From positions 25,978,001 through 26,042,000 of the forward strand of contig OZ024754.1 of NCBI GenBank assembly GCA_964016885.1: DNA of 64,000 nucleotides. The letters run 5' to 3'. Each line of letters opens with the position of its first letter. Position 1 is the first letter of the stretch. This stretch comes from Eledone cirrhosa. Taxonomy: Eukaryota. Position numbers and translations under genes: made by a program. A model generated the notes under the pieces. That model saw only the letters and a list, made by a program, of their open reading frames with translations. It was not told the DNA's origin and made no database searches. This document shows positions 15,001 through 27,000 of this stretch, one piece after another.

Positions 15001-18000
15001 ACCTATCCTGAGAGTTTCTTCTCAGACAACCTGCTGCTGTCCACCTCTCCTGAGAGTTTGTTCTCAGACAACCTTCTGCTGTCCAGCTGTCCCTGAGAGT
15101 TTCTTCTCAGACAACCTTCTGCTGTCCACCTCTCCTGAGAGTTTCTTCTCAGACAACCTGCTGCTGTCCACCTCTCCTGAGAGTTTCTTCTCAGACAACC
15201 TGCTGCTGTCCAGCTCTCCCTGAGAGTTTCTTCTCAGACAACCTGCTGCTGTCTACCTCTCCTGAGAGTTTTTTCTCAGACAACTTGCTCTCATCCTCTC
15301 CTGAGAGTTTCTTCTCAGACAACCTTCTGCTGTCCAGCTCTCCCTGTGAGTTTCTTCTCAGACGACCTGCTGCTGTCCAGCTCTCCCTGAGAGTTTCTTC
15401 CCAGACAACCTTCTGCTGTCCAGCTCTCCTCAGAGTTTCTTCTCAGACGACTTTCTGCTGTCCACCTCTCCCTGAGAGTTTCTTCTCAGACAACCTGTGG
15501 CTGTCCAACTCTCCTCAGAGTTTCTTCTCTGAGGACCTTCTGCTGTCCAGCTCTCCCTGAGAGTTTCTTCTCAGACGACCTTCTGCTGTCCAGCTCTCCC
15601 TGAGAGTTTCTTCTCAGACGACCTTCTGCTGTCCAGCTCTCCCTTAGAGTTTCTTCTCAGACAACCTTCTGCTGTCCATCTCTCCTGAGAGTTTCTTCTC
15701 AGACAGCCTTCTGCTGTCCACCTCTCCTGAACGTTTCTTCTCAGATAACCTTCTGCTGTCCTGAGAGTTTCTTCTCAGACAACCTTCTGCTGTCCAGCTC
15801 TCCTGAGTGTTTCTTCTCAGACAACCTTCTGCTGTCCAGCTCTCCTGAGAGTTTCTTCTCAGACAACCTGCTGCTGTCCACCTCTCCTGAGAGTTTCTTC
15901 TCAGACAACCTTCTGCTGTCCACCTCTCCTGAGAGTTTCTTCTCAGACAACCTTCTGCCTTCCAGCTCTCCTGAGAGTTTCTTCTTAGACGACCTTCAGC
16001 TGTCCAGCTCTCCTGAGAGTTTCTTCTCAGACAACCTGCTGCTGTCCACCTTTCCTGGGAGTTTCTTCTCAGACAACCTGTGGCTGTCCAACTCTCCTCA
16101 GAGTTTCTTCTCTGAAGGACCTGCTCTCCAGCTCTCCCTGAGAGTTTCTTCTCCGACGACCTTCTGATCTCCAGCTCTCCCTGTGAATTTCTTCTCAGAC
16201 GACCTTCTGCTGTCCAGCTCTCCCTGAGAGTTTCTTCTCAGACGACCTTCTGCTGTCCAGCTCTCCCTGAGAGTTTCTTCTCCGACGACCTTCTGCTGTC
16301 CAGCTCTCCCTGTGAGTTTCTTCTCAGACGACCTTCTGCTGTCCAGCTCTCCCTGAGAATTTCTTCTCAGACAACCTGCTGCTGTCCACCTCTCCTGAGA
16401 GTTTCTTTTCTGACAACCTTCTGCTGTCCAGCTCTCCTGAGAGTTTCTTTTCAGACAACCTTCTGCTGTCCAGCTCTCCTGAGAGTTTCTTCTCAGACAA
16501 CCTTCTGCTGTCCACCTCTCCTGAGAGTTTCTTCTCAGACAACCTTCTGCTGTCCAGCTCTCCTGAGAGTTTCTTCTCAGACAACCTGCTGCTTTCCACC
16601 TCTCCTGAGAGTTTCTTCTCAGACAACCTTCTGCTGTCCACCTCTCCTGAGAGTTTCTTCTCAGACAACCTTCTGCTGTCCAGCTCTCCCTGAGAGTTTC
16701 TTCTCAGACGACCTTCTGCTGTTCACTTCTCCTGACAGTTTCTTCTCAGACAACCTGCTGCTGTCCACCTCTCCTGAGAGTTTCTTCTCAGACAAGCTTC
16801 TGCTGTCCACATCTCCCTGAGAGTTTCTTCTCAGACGACCTTCTGCTGTCCAGCTCTACTGAGAGTTTCTTCTCAGACAACCTTCTGCTGTCCAGCTCTC
16901 CTGAGAGTTTCTTCTCAGACAACCTTCTGCTGTCCAGCTCTCCTGAGAGTTTCTTCTCAGACAACCTTCTGCTTTCCACCTCACTTGAGAGTTTCTTCTC
17001 AGACAACTTGCTGCTGTCCACCTCTCCTGAGAGTTTCTTCTCAGACGACCGTCTGTGGTCCAGCTCTCCCTGAGAGTTTCTTCTCAGACAACCTTCTGCT
17101 GTCCAGCTCTCCTGAGAGTTTCTTCTCAGACAACCTGCTGCTGTCCACCTCTCCTGAGAGTTTCTTCTCAGACAACATGTTGCTGTCCAGCTCTCCCGGA
17201 TAGTTTCTTCTCAGACAACCTTCTGCTGTCCACCTCTCCTGAGAGTATCTTCTCAGATAACCTGCTGCTGTCCACCTCTCCTGAGAGTTTCTTCTTAGAC
17301 AACCTTCTGCTGTCCAGCTCTCCCTGAGAGTTTCTTCTCAGACGACCTGCTGCTGTCCAGCTCTCCCTGAGAATTTCTTCTCAGACAACCTTCTGCTGTC
17401 CAGCTCTCCTGAGAGTTTCTTCTCAGACGACCTTCTGCTGTCCACCTCTCCCTGAGAGTTTCTTCTCAGACAACCTGTGGCTGTCCAACTCTCCTCAGAG
17501 TTTCTTCTCTGAGGACCTGCTGTCCAGCTCTTCCTGAGAGTTTCTTCTCTGACGACCTTCTGCTCTCCAGCTCTCCCTGTGAGTTTCTTCTCAGACGAAC
17601 TTCTGCTGTCCAGCTCTCCTGAGAGTTTCTTCTCAGACAACCTTCTGCTGTCCACCTCTCCTGAGAGTTTGTTCTCAGACAAACTGTTGCTGTCCAGCTC
17701 TCCCTGAGAGTTTCTTCTCAGAGGACCTTCTTCTGTCCACCTCTCCTGAGAGTTTCTTCTCAGACAACCTGCTGCTGTCCACCTCTCCTGAGAGTTTCTT
17801 CTCAGACAACCTTCTGCTGTCCAGCTCTCCCTGAGAGTTTCTTCTCAGACAACCTTCTGCTGTCCACCTCTCCTGAGAGTTTCTTCTCAGACAACCTGCT
17901 GCTGTCCACCTCTCCTGAGAGTTTCTTCTCAGACAACTTGCTCTCATCCTCTCCTGAGAGTTTCTTCTCAGACAACCTTCTGCTGTCCAGCTCTCCCTGT

Positions 18001-21000
18001 GAGTTTCTTCTCAGACGACCTGCTGCTGTCCAGCTCTCCCTGAGAGTTTCTTCCCAGACAACCTTCTGCTGTCCAGCTCTCCTCAGAGTTTCTTCTCAGA
18101 CGACCTTCTGCTGTCCACCTCTCCCTGAGAGTTTCTTCTCAGACAACCTGTGGCTGTCCAACTCTCCTCAGAGTTTCTTCTCTGAGGACCTTCTGCTGTC
18201 CAGCTCTCCCTGAGAGTTTCTTCTCAGACGACCTTCTGCTGTCCAGCTCTCCCTGAGAGTTTCTTCTCAGACGACCTTCTGCTGTCCAGCTCTCCCTTAG
18301 AGTTTCTTCTCAGACAGCCTTCTGCTGTCCAGCTCTCCTGAGAGTTTCTTCTCAGACAGCCTTCTGCTGTCCACCTCTCCTGAACGTTTCTTCTCAGATA
18401 ACCTTCTGCTGTCCTGAGAGTTTCTTCTCAGACAACCTTCTGCTGTCCAGCTCTCCTGAGTGTTTCTCCTCAGACAACCTTCTGCTGTCCAGCTCTCCTG
18501 AGAGTTTCTTCTCAGACAACCTGCTGCTGTCCACCTTTCCTGAGAGTTTCTTCTCAGACAACCTGTGGCTGTCCAACTCTCCTCAGAGTTTCTTCTCTGA
18601 AGGACCTGCTCTCCAGCTCTCCCTGAGAGTTTCTTCTCCGACGACCTTCTGCTCTCCAGCTCTCCCTGTGAATTTCTTCTCAGACGACCTTCTGCTGTCC
18701 AGCTCTCCCTGAGAGTTTCTTCTCAGACGACCTTCTGCTGTCCAGCTCTCCCTGAGAGTTTCTTCTCCGACGACCTTCTGCTGTCCAGCTCTCCCTGTGA
18801 GTTTCTTCTCAGACGACCTTCTGCTGTCCAGCTCTCCCTGAGAATTTCTTCTCAGACAACCTGCTGCTGTCCACCTCTCCTGAGAGTTTCTTTTCTGACA
18901 ACCTTCTGCTGTCCAGCTCTCCTGAGAGTTTCTTTTCAGACAACCTGCTGCTGTCCAGCTCTCCTGAGAGTTTCTTCTCAGACAACCTTCTGCTGTCCAC
19001 CTCTCCTGAGAGTTTCTTCTCAGACAAACTGATGCTGTCCAGCTCTCCCTGAGAGTTTCTTCTCAGACGACCTTCTGCTGTCCACCTCTTCTGAGAGTTT
19101 CTTCTCAGACAACCTGCTGCTGTCCACCTCTCCTGAGAGTTTCTTCTCAGACAACCTTCTGCTGTCCAGCTCTCCCTGAGAGTTTCTTCTCAGACAACCT
19201 TCTGCTGTCCAGCTCTCCCTGAGAGTTTCTTCTCCGACGACCTTCTGCTGTCCAGCTCTCCCTGAGAGTTTCTTCTCTGAGGACCTTCTGCTGTCCAGCT
19301 CTCCCTGAGAGTTTCTTCTCCGACGACCTTCTGCTGTCCAGCTCTCCTGTGAGTTTCTACTCGGACGACCTTCTGCTGTCCAGCTCTCCCTGAGAGTTTC
19401 TTCTCAGACGACCTTCTGCTGTCCAGCTCTCCCTGAGATTTTCTTCTCTGAGGACCTTCTGCTGTCCAGCTCTCCCTGAGAGTTTCTTCTCCGACGACCT
19501 TCTGCTGTCCAGCTCTCCCTGTGAGTTTCTTCTCAGACGACCTTCTGCTGTCCAGCTCTCCCTGAGAGTTTCTTCTCAGACAACCTGCTGCTGTCCACCT
19601 CTCCTGAGAGTTTCTCTTCTGACAACCTTCTGCTGTCCAGCTCTCCTGAGAGTTTCTTTTCAGACAACCTTCTGCTGTCCACCTCTCCTGAGAGTTTCTT
19701 CTCAGACAACCTTCTGCTGTCCACCTCTCCTGAGAGTTTCTTCTCAGACAACATGCTGCGGTCCACCTCTCCTGAGAGTTTCTTTTCTGACAACCTTCTG
19801 CTGTCCAGCTCTCCTGAGAGTTTCTTTTCTGACAACCTTCTGCTGTCCACCTCTCCTGAGAGTTTCTTCTCAGACAACCTTCTGCTGTCCACCTCTCCTG
19901 AGAGTTTCTTCTCAGACAACCTTCTGCTGTCCAGCTCTCCCTGAGAGTTTCTTCTCAGACAACCTGTGGCTGTCCAACTCTCCTCAGAGTTTCTTCTCTG
20001 AGGACCTTCTGCTGTCCAGCTCTCCCTGAGAGTTTCTTCTCCGACGACCTTCTGCTGTCCAGCTCTCCCTGTGAGTTTCTTCTCAGACGACCTTCTGCTG
20101 TCCAGCTCTCCCTGGGAGTTTCTTCTCTGAGGACCTTCTGCTGTCCAGCTCTCCGTGAGAGTTTCTTCTCCGACGACCTTCTGCTGGCCAGCTCTCCCTG
20201 TGAGTTTCTTCTCAGACGACCTTCTGCTGTCCAGCTCTCCCTGAGAGTTTCTTCTCAGACAACCTGCTGCTGTCCACCTCTCCTGAGAGTTTCTTTTCTG
20301 ACAACCTTCTGATGTCCAGCTCTCCTGAGAGTTTCTTTTCAGACAACCTTCTGCTGTCCAGCTCTCCTGAGAGTTTCTTCTCAGACAACCTTCTGCTGTC
20401 CACCTCTCCTGAGAGTTTCTTCTCAGACAACCTGCTGCTGTCCACCTCTCCTGAGAGTTTCTTCTCAGACAACCTTCTGCTGTCCAGCTCTCCCTGAGAG
20501 TTTCTTCTCAGACAACCTTCTGCTGTCCACCTCTCCTGAGAGTTTCTTCTCAGACAACCTGCTTCTGTCCACCTCTCCTGAGAGTTTCTTCTCAGACAAC
20601 CTGCTGCTGTCCAGCTCTCCCTGAGAGTTTCTTCTCAGACAACCTGCTGCTGTCCACCTCTCCTGAGAGTTTCTTCTCAGACAACTTGCTCTCCACCTCT
20701 CCTGAGAGTTTCTTCTCGGACAACCTGCTGCTGTCCAGCTCTCCCTGAGAGTTTCTTCCCAGACAACCTTCTGCTGTCCAGCTCTCCTCAGAGTTTCTTC
20801 TCAGACGACCTTCTGCTCTCCACCTCTCCCTGAGAGTTTCTTCTCAGACAACCTGTGGCTGTCCAACTCTCCTCAGAGTTTCTTCTCTGAGGACCTTCTG
20901 CTGTCCAGCTCTCCCTGAGAGTTTCTTCTCAGACGACCTTCTGCTGTCCAGCTCTCCCTGAGAGTTTCTTCTCAGACGACCTTCTGCTGTCCAGCTCTCC

Positions 21001-24000
21001 CTTAGAGTTTCTTCTCAGACAACCTTCTGCTGTCCAGCTCTCCTGAGAGTTTCTTCTCAGACAGCCTTCTGCTGTCCACCTCTCCTGAGAGTTTCTTCTC
21101 AGATAACCTTCTGCTGTCCTGAGAGTTTCTTCTCAGACAACCTTCTGCTGTCCAGCTCTCCTGAGAGTTTCTTCTCAGACAACCTGCTGCTGTCCACCTC
21201 TCCTGATAGTTTCTTCTCAGACAACCTTTTGCTGTCCACCTCTCCTGAGAGGTTCTTCTCAGACAACCTTCTGCTGTCCAGCTCTCCTGAGAGTTTCTTC
21301 TTAGACGACCTTCAGCTGTCCAGCTCTCCTGAGAGTTTCTTCTCAGACAACCTGCTGCTGTCCACCTTTCCTGAGAGTTTCTTCTCAGACAACCTGCTGC
21401 TGTCCACCTCTCCTGAGAGTTTCTTCTCGGACAACTTTCTGCTGTCCAGCACTCCTGAGAGTTTCTTCTCAGACAACCTTCTGCTGTCCACCTCTCCTGA
21501 GAGTTTCTTCTCAGACAACCTGCTGCTGTCCAGCTCTCCTGAGAGTTTCTTCTCAGACGAACGTCTGTGGTCCAGCTCTCCCTGAGAGTTTCTTCTCAGA
21601 CAACCTTCTGCTGTCCAGCTCTCCTGAGAGTTTCTTCTCAGACAACCTGCTGCTGTCCACCTCTCCTGAGAGTTTCTTCTCAGACGACCTTCTGCTGTCC
21701 AGCTCTCCCTGAGAATTTCTTCTCAGACAACCTGCTGCTGTCCACCTCTCCTGAGAGTTTCTTTTCTGACAACCTTCTGCTGTCCAGCTCTCCTGAGAGT
21801 TTCTTTTCAGACAACCTTCTGCTGTCCAGCTCTCCTGAGAGTTTCTTCTCAGACAACCTTCTGCTGTCCACCTCTCCTGAGAGTTTCTTCTCAGACAACC
21901 ACCTGCTGTCCACCTCTCCTGAGAGTTTCTTCTCAGACAACCTTCTGCTGTCCAGCTCTCCCTGATAGTTTCTTCTCAGACAACCTGCTGCTGTCCACCT
22001 CTCCTGAGAGTTTCTTCTCAGACAACCTGCTGCTGTCCAGCTCTCCCTGAGAGTTTCTTCTCAGACAACCTGCTGCTGTCCACCTCTCCTGAGAGTTTCT
22101 TCTCAGTCAACTTGCTCTCCACCTCTCCTGAGAGTTTCTTCTCAGACAACCTTCTGCTGTCCAGCTCTCCCTGAGAGTTTCTTCTCAGACGACCTGCTGC
22201 TGTCCAGCTCTCCCTGGGAGTTTCTTCCCAGACAACCTTCTGCTGTCCAGCTCTCCTCAGAGTTTCTTCTCAGACGACCTTCTGCTGTCCACCTCTCCCT
22301 GAGAGTTTCTTCTCAGACAACCTGTGGCTGTCCAACTCTCCTCAGAGTTTCTTCTCTGAGGACCTTCTGCTGTCCAGCTCTCCCGGATAGTTTCTTCTCA
22401 GACAACCTGCTGCTGTCCACCTCTCCTGAGAATATCTTCTCAGACAACCTGCTGCTGTCCAGCTCTCCCTGAGAGTTTCTTCCCAGACAACCTGTGGCTG
22501 TCCAACTCTCCTCAGAGTTTCTTCTCTGAGGACCTTCTGCTGTCCAGCTCTCCCTGAGAGTTTCTTCTCAGACGACCTTCTGCTGTCCAGCTCTCCCTGA
22601 GAGTTTCTTCTCAGACGACCTTCTGCTGTCCAGCTCTCCCTTAGAGTTTCTTCTCAGACAGCCTTCTGCTGTCCACCTCTCCTGAGAGTTTCTTCTCAGA
22701 TAACCTTCTGCTGTCCTGAGAGTTTCTTCTCAGACAACCTTCTGCTGTCCAGCTCTCCTGAGAGTTTCTTCTCAGACAACCTGCTGCTGTCCACCTCTCC
22801 TGATAGTTTCTTCTCAGACAACCTTCTGCTGTCCACCTCTCCTGAGAGGTTCTTCTCAGACAACCTTCTGCTGTCCAGCTCTCCTGAGAGTTTCTTCTTA
22901 GACGACCTTCAGCTGTCCAGCTCTCCTGAGAGTTTCTTCTCAGACAACCTGCTGCTGTCCACCTTTCCTGAGAGTTTCTTCTCAGACAACCTGCTGCTGT
23001 CCACCTCTCCTGAGAGTTTCTTCTCGGAAAACTTTCTGCTGTCCAGCACTCTTGAGAGTTTCTTCTCAGACAACCTTCTGCTGTCCACCTCTCCTGAGAG
23101 TTTCTTCTCAGACAACCTGCTGCTGTCCAGCTCTCCTGAGAGTTTCTTCTCAGACAATCTGCTGCTGTCCACCGCTCCTGAGAGTTTCTTCTCAGACAAC
23201 CTGTTGCTGTCCAGCTCTCCCTGAGAGTTTCTTCTCAGACGACCTTCTGCTGTTCACCTCTCCTGAGAGTTTCTTCTCAGACAACCTGCTGCTGTCCACC
23301 TCTCCTGAGAGTTTCTTCTCAGACAAGCTTCTGCTGTCCACATCTCCCTGAGAGTTTCTTCTCAGACGACCTTCTGTTGTCCAGCTCTACTGAGAGTTTC
23401 TTCTCAGACAACCTTCTGCTGTCCAGCTCTCCTGAGAGTTTCTTCTCAGACAACCTTCTGCTGTCCAGCTCTCCTGAGAGTTTCTTCTCAGACAACCTTC
23501 TGCTTTCCACCTCACTTGAGAGTTTCTTCTCAGACAACTTGCTGCTGTCCACCTCTCCTGAGAGTTTCTTCTCAGACGACCGTCTGTGGTCCAGCTCTCC
23601 CTGAGAGTTTCTTCTCAGACAACCTTCTGCTGTCCAGCTCTCCTGAGAGTTTCTTCTCAGACAACCTGCTGCTGTCCACCTCTCCTAAGAGTTTCTTCTC
23701 AGACAACCTGTTGCTGTCCAGCTCTCCCGGATAGTTTCTTCTCAGACAACCTGCTGCTGTCCACCTCTCCTGAGAATATCTTCTCAGACAACCTGATGCT
23801 GTCCACCTCTCCTGAGAGTTTCTTCTCAGACAACCTTCTGCTGTCCACCTCTCCCTGAGAGTTTCTTCTCAGACAACCTGTGGCTGTCCAACTCTCCTCA
23901 GAGTTTCTTCTCTTAGGACCTTCTGCTGTCCAGCTCTCCCTGAGAGCTTCTTCTCCGACGACCTTCTGCTCTCCAGCTCTCCCTGTGAGTTTCTTCTCAG

Positions 24001-27000
24001 ACGACCTTCTGCTGTCCAGCTCTCCCTGAGAGTTTCTTCTCAGACGACCTTCTGCTGTCCAGCTCTCCCTGAGAGTTTCTTCTCTGAGGACTTTCTGCTG
24101 TCCAGCTCTCCCTGAGAGTTTCTTCTCCGACGACCTTCTGCTGTCCAGCTCTCCCTGTGAGTTTCTTCTCAGACGACCTTCTGCTGTCCAGCTCTCCCTG
24201 AGAATTTCTTCTCAGACAACCCGCTGCTGTCCACCTCTCCTGAGAGTTTCTTTTCTGACAACCTTCTGCTGTCCAGCTCTCCTGAGAGTTTCTTTTCAGA
24301 CAACCTTCTGCTGTCCAGCTCTCCTGAGAGTTTCTTCTCAGACAACCTGCTGCTGTCCAGCTCTCCCTGAGAGTTTCTTCTCAGACAACCTGCTGCTGTC
24401 CACCTCTCCTGAGAGTTTCTTCTCAGACAGCCTTCTGCTGTCCACCTCTCCTGAGAGTTTCTTCTCAGATAACCTTCTGCTGTCCTGAGAGTTTCTTCTC
24501 AGACAACCTTCTGCTGTCCAGCTCTCCTGAGAGTTTCTTCTCAGACAACCTGCTGCTGTCCACCTCTCCTGATAGTTTCTTCTCAGACAACCTTCTGCTG
24601 TCCACCTCTCCTGAGAGTTTCTTCTCAGACAACCTCCTGCTGTCCAGCTCTCCTGAGAGTTTCTTCTTAGACGACCTTCAGCTGTCCAGCTCTCCTGAGA
24701 GTTTCTTCTCAGACAACCTGCTGCTGTCCACCTTTCCTGAGAGTTTCTTCTCAGACAACCTGCTGCTGTCCACCTCTCCTGAGAGTTTCTTCTCAGACAA
24801 CTTTCTGCTGTCCAGCTCTCCTGAGAGTTTCTTCTCAGACAACTTGCTCTCCACCTCTCCTGAGAGTTTCTTCTCAGACAACCTGCTGCTGTCCACCTCT
24901 CCTGAGAGTTTCTTCTCAGACAACCTTCTGCTGTCCAGCTCTCCCTGAGAGTTTCTTCTCAGACGACCTTCTGCTGTCCAGCTCTCCCTGAGAGTTTCTT
25001 CTCAGAGAACTTTCTGCTGTCCAGCTCTCCTGAGAGTTTCTTCTCAGACAACCTTCTGCTGTCCACCTCTACTGAGAGTTTCTTCTCAGACAACCTGTGG
25101 CTGTCCGACTCTCCTCAGAGTTTCTTCTCTGAGGACCTTCTGCTGTCCAGCTCTCCCTGAGAGTTTCTTCTCCGACGACCTTCTGCTGTCCAGCTCTCCC
25201 TGTGAGTTTCTTCTCGGACGACCTTCTGCTGTCCAGCCCTCCCTGAGAGTTTCTTCTGAGACGATCTTCTGCTGTCCAGCTCTCCCTGAGAGTTTCTTCT
25301 CTGAGGACCTTCTGCTGTCCAGCTCTCCCTGAGAGTTTCTTCTCCGACGACCTTCTGCTGTCCAGCTCTCCCTGTGAGTTTCTTCTCAGACGACCTTCTG
25401 CTGTCCAGCTCTCCCTGAGAGTTTCTTCTCAGACAACCTGCTGCTGTCCACCTCTCCTGAGAGTTTCTTTTCTGCCAACCTTCTGCTGTCCAGCTCTCCT
25501 GAGAGTTTCTTTTCAGACAACCTTCTGCTGTCCAGCTCTCCTGAGAGTTTCTTCTCAGACAAACTTCTGCTGTCCACCTCTCCTGAGAGTTTCTTCTCAG
25601 ACAACCTGCTGCTGTCCACCTCTCCTGAGAGTTTCTTCTCAGACAACCTGCTGCTGTCCAGCTCTCCCTGAGAGTTTCTTCTCAGACAACCTTCTGCTGT
25701 CCACCTCTCCTGAGAGTTTCTTCTCAGACAACCTGCTTCTGTCCACCTCTCCTGAGAGTTTCTTCTCAGACAACCTGCTGCTGTCCAGCTCTCCCTGAGA
25801 GTTTCTTCTCAGACAACCTGCTGCTGTCCACCTCTCCTGAGAGTTTCTTCTCAGACAGCTTGCTCTCCACCTCTCCTGAGAGTTTCTTCTCAGACAACCT
25901 TCTGCTGTCCAGCTCTCCCTGACAGTTTCTTCTCAGACGACCTGCTGCTGTCCAGCTCTCCCTGAGAGTTTCTTCCCAGACAACCTTCTGCTGTCCAGCT
26001 CTCCTCAGAGTTTCTTCTCAGACGACCTTCTGCTGTCCACCTCTCCCTGAGAGTTTCTTCTCAGACGACCTTCTGCTGTCCAGCTCTCCCTGAGAGTTTC
26101 TTCTCAGACGACCTTCTGCTGTCCACATCTCCCTTAGAGTTTCTTCTCAGACAACCTTCTGCTGTCCAGCTCTCCTGAGAGTTTTTTCTCAGACAGCCTT
26201 CTGCTGTCCACCTCTCCTGAGAGTTTCTTCTCAGATAACCTTCTGCTGTCCTGAGAGTTTCTTCTCAGACAACCTTCTGCTGTCCAGCTCTCCTGAGAGT
26301 TTCTTCTCAGACAGCCTTCTGCTGTCCACCTCTCCTGAGAGTTTCTTCTCAGATAACCTTCTGCTGTCCTGAGAGTTTCTTCTCAGACAACCTTCTGCTG
26401 TCCACCTCTCCTGATAGTTTCTTCTCAGACAACCTTCTGCTGTCCACCTCTCCTGAGAGTTTCTTCTCAGACAACCTTCTGCTGTCCAGCTCTTCTGAGA
26501 GTTTCTTCTCAGACAACCTGCTGCTGTCCACCTTTCCTGAGAGTTTCTTCTCAGACAACCTGCTGCTGTCCACCTCTCCTGAGAGTTTCTTCTCGGACAA
26601 CTTTCTGCTGTCCAGCCCTCCTGAGAGTTTCTTCTCAGACAACCTGCTGCTGTCCACCTCTCCTGAGAGTTTCTTCTCAGACAACCTGCTGCTGTCCAGC
26701 TCTCCTGAGAGTTTCTTCTCAGACAATCTGCTGCTGTCCACCGCTCCTGAGAGTTTCTTCTCAGACAACCTGTTGCTGTCCAGCTCTCCCTGAGAGTTTC
26801 TTCTCGGACGACCTTCTGCTGTTCACCTCTCCTGACAGTTTCTTCTCAGACAACCTGCTGCTGTCCACCTCTCCTGAGAGTTTCTTCTCAGACAAGCTTC
26901 TGCTGTCCACATCTCCCTGAGAGTTTCTTCTCAGACGACCTTCTGTTGTCCAGCTCTACTGAGAGTTTCTTCTCAGACAACCTTCTGCTGTCCAGCTCTC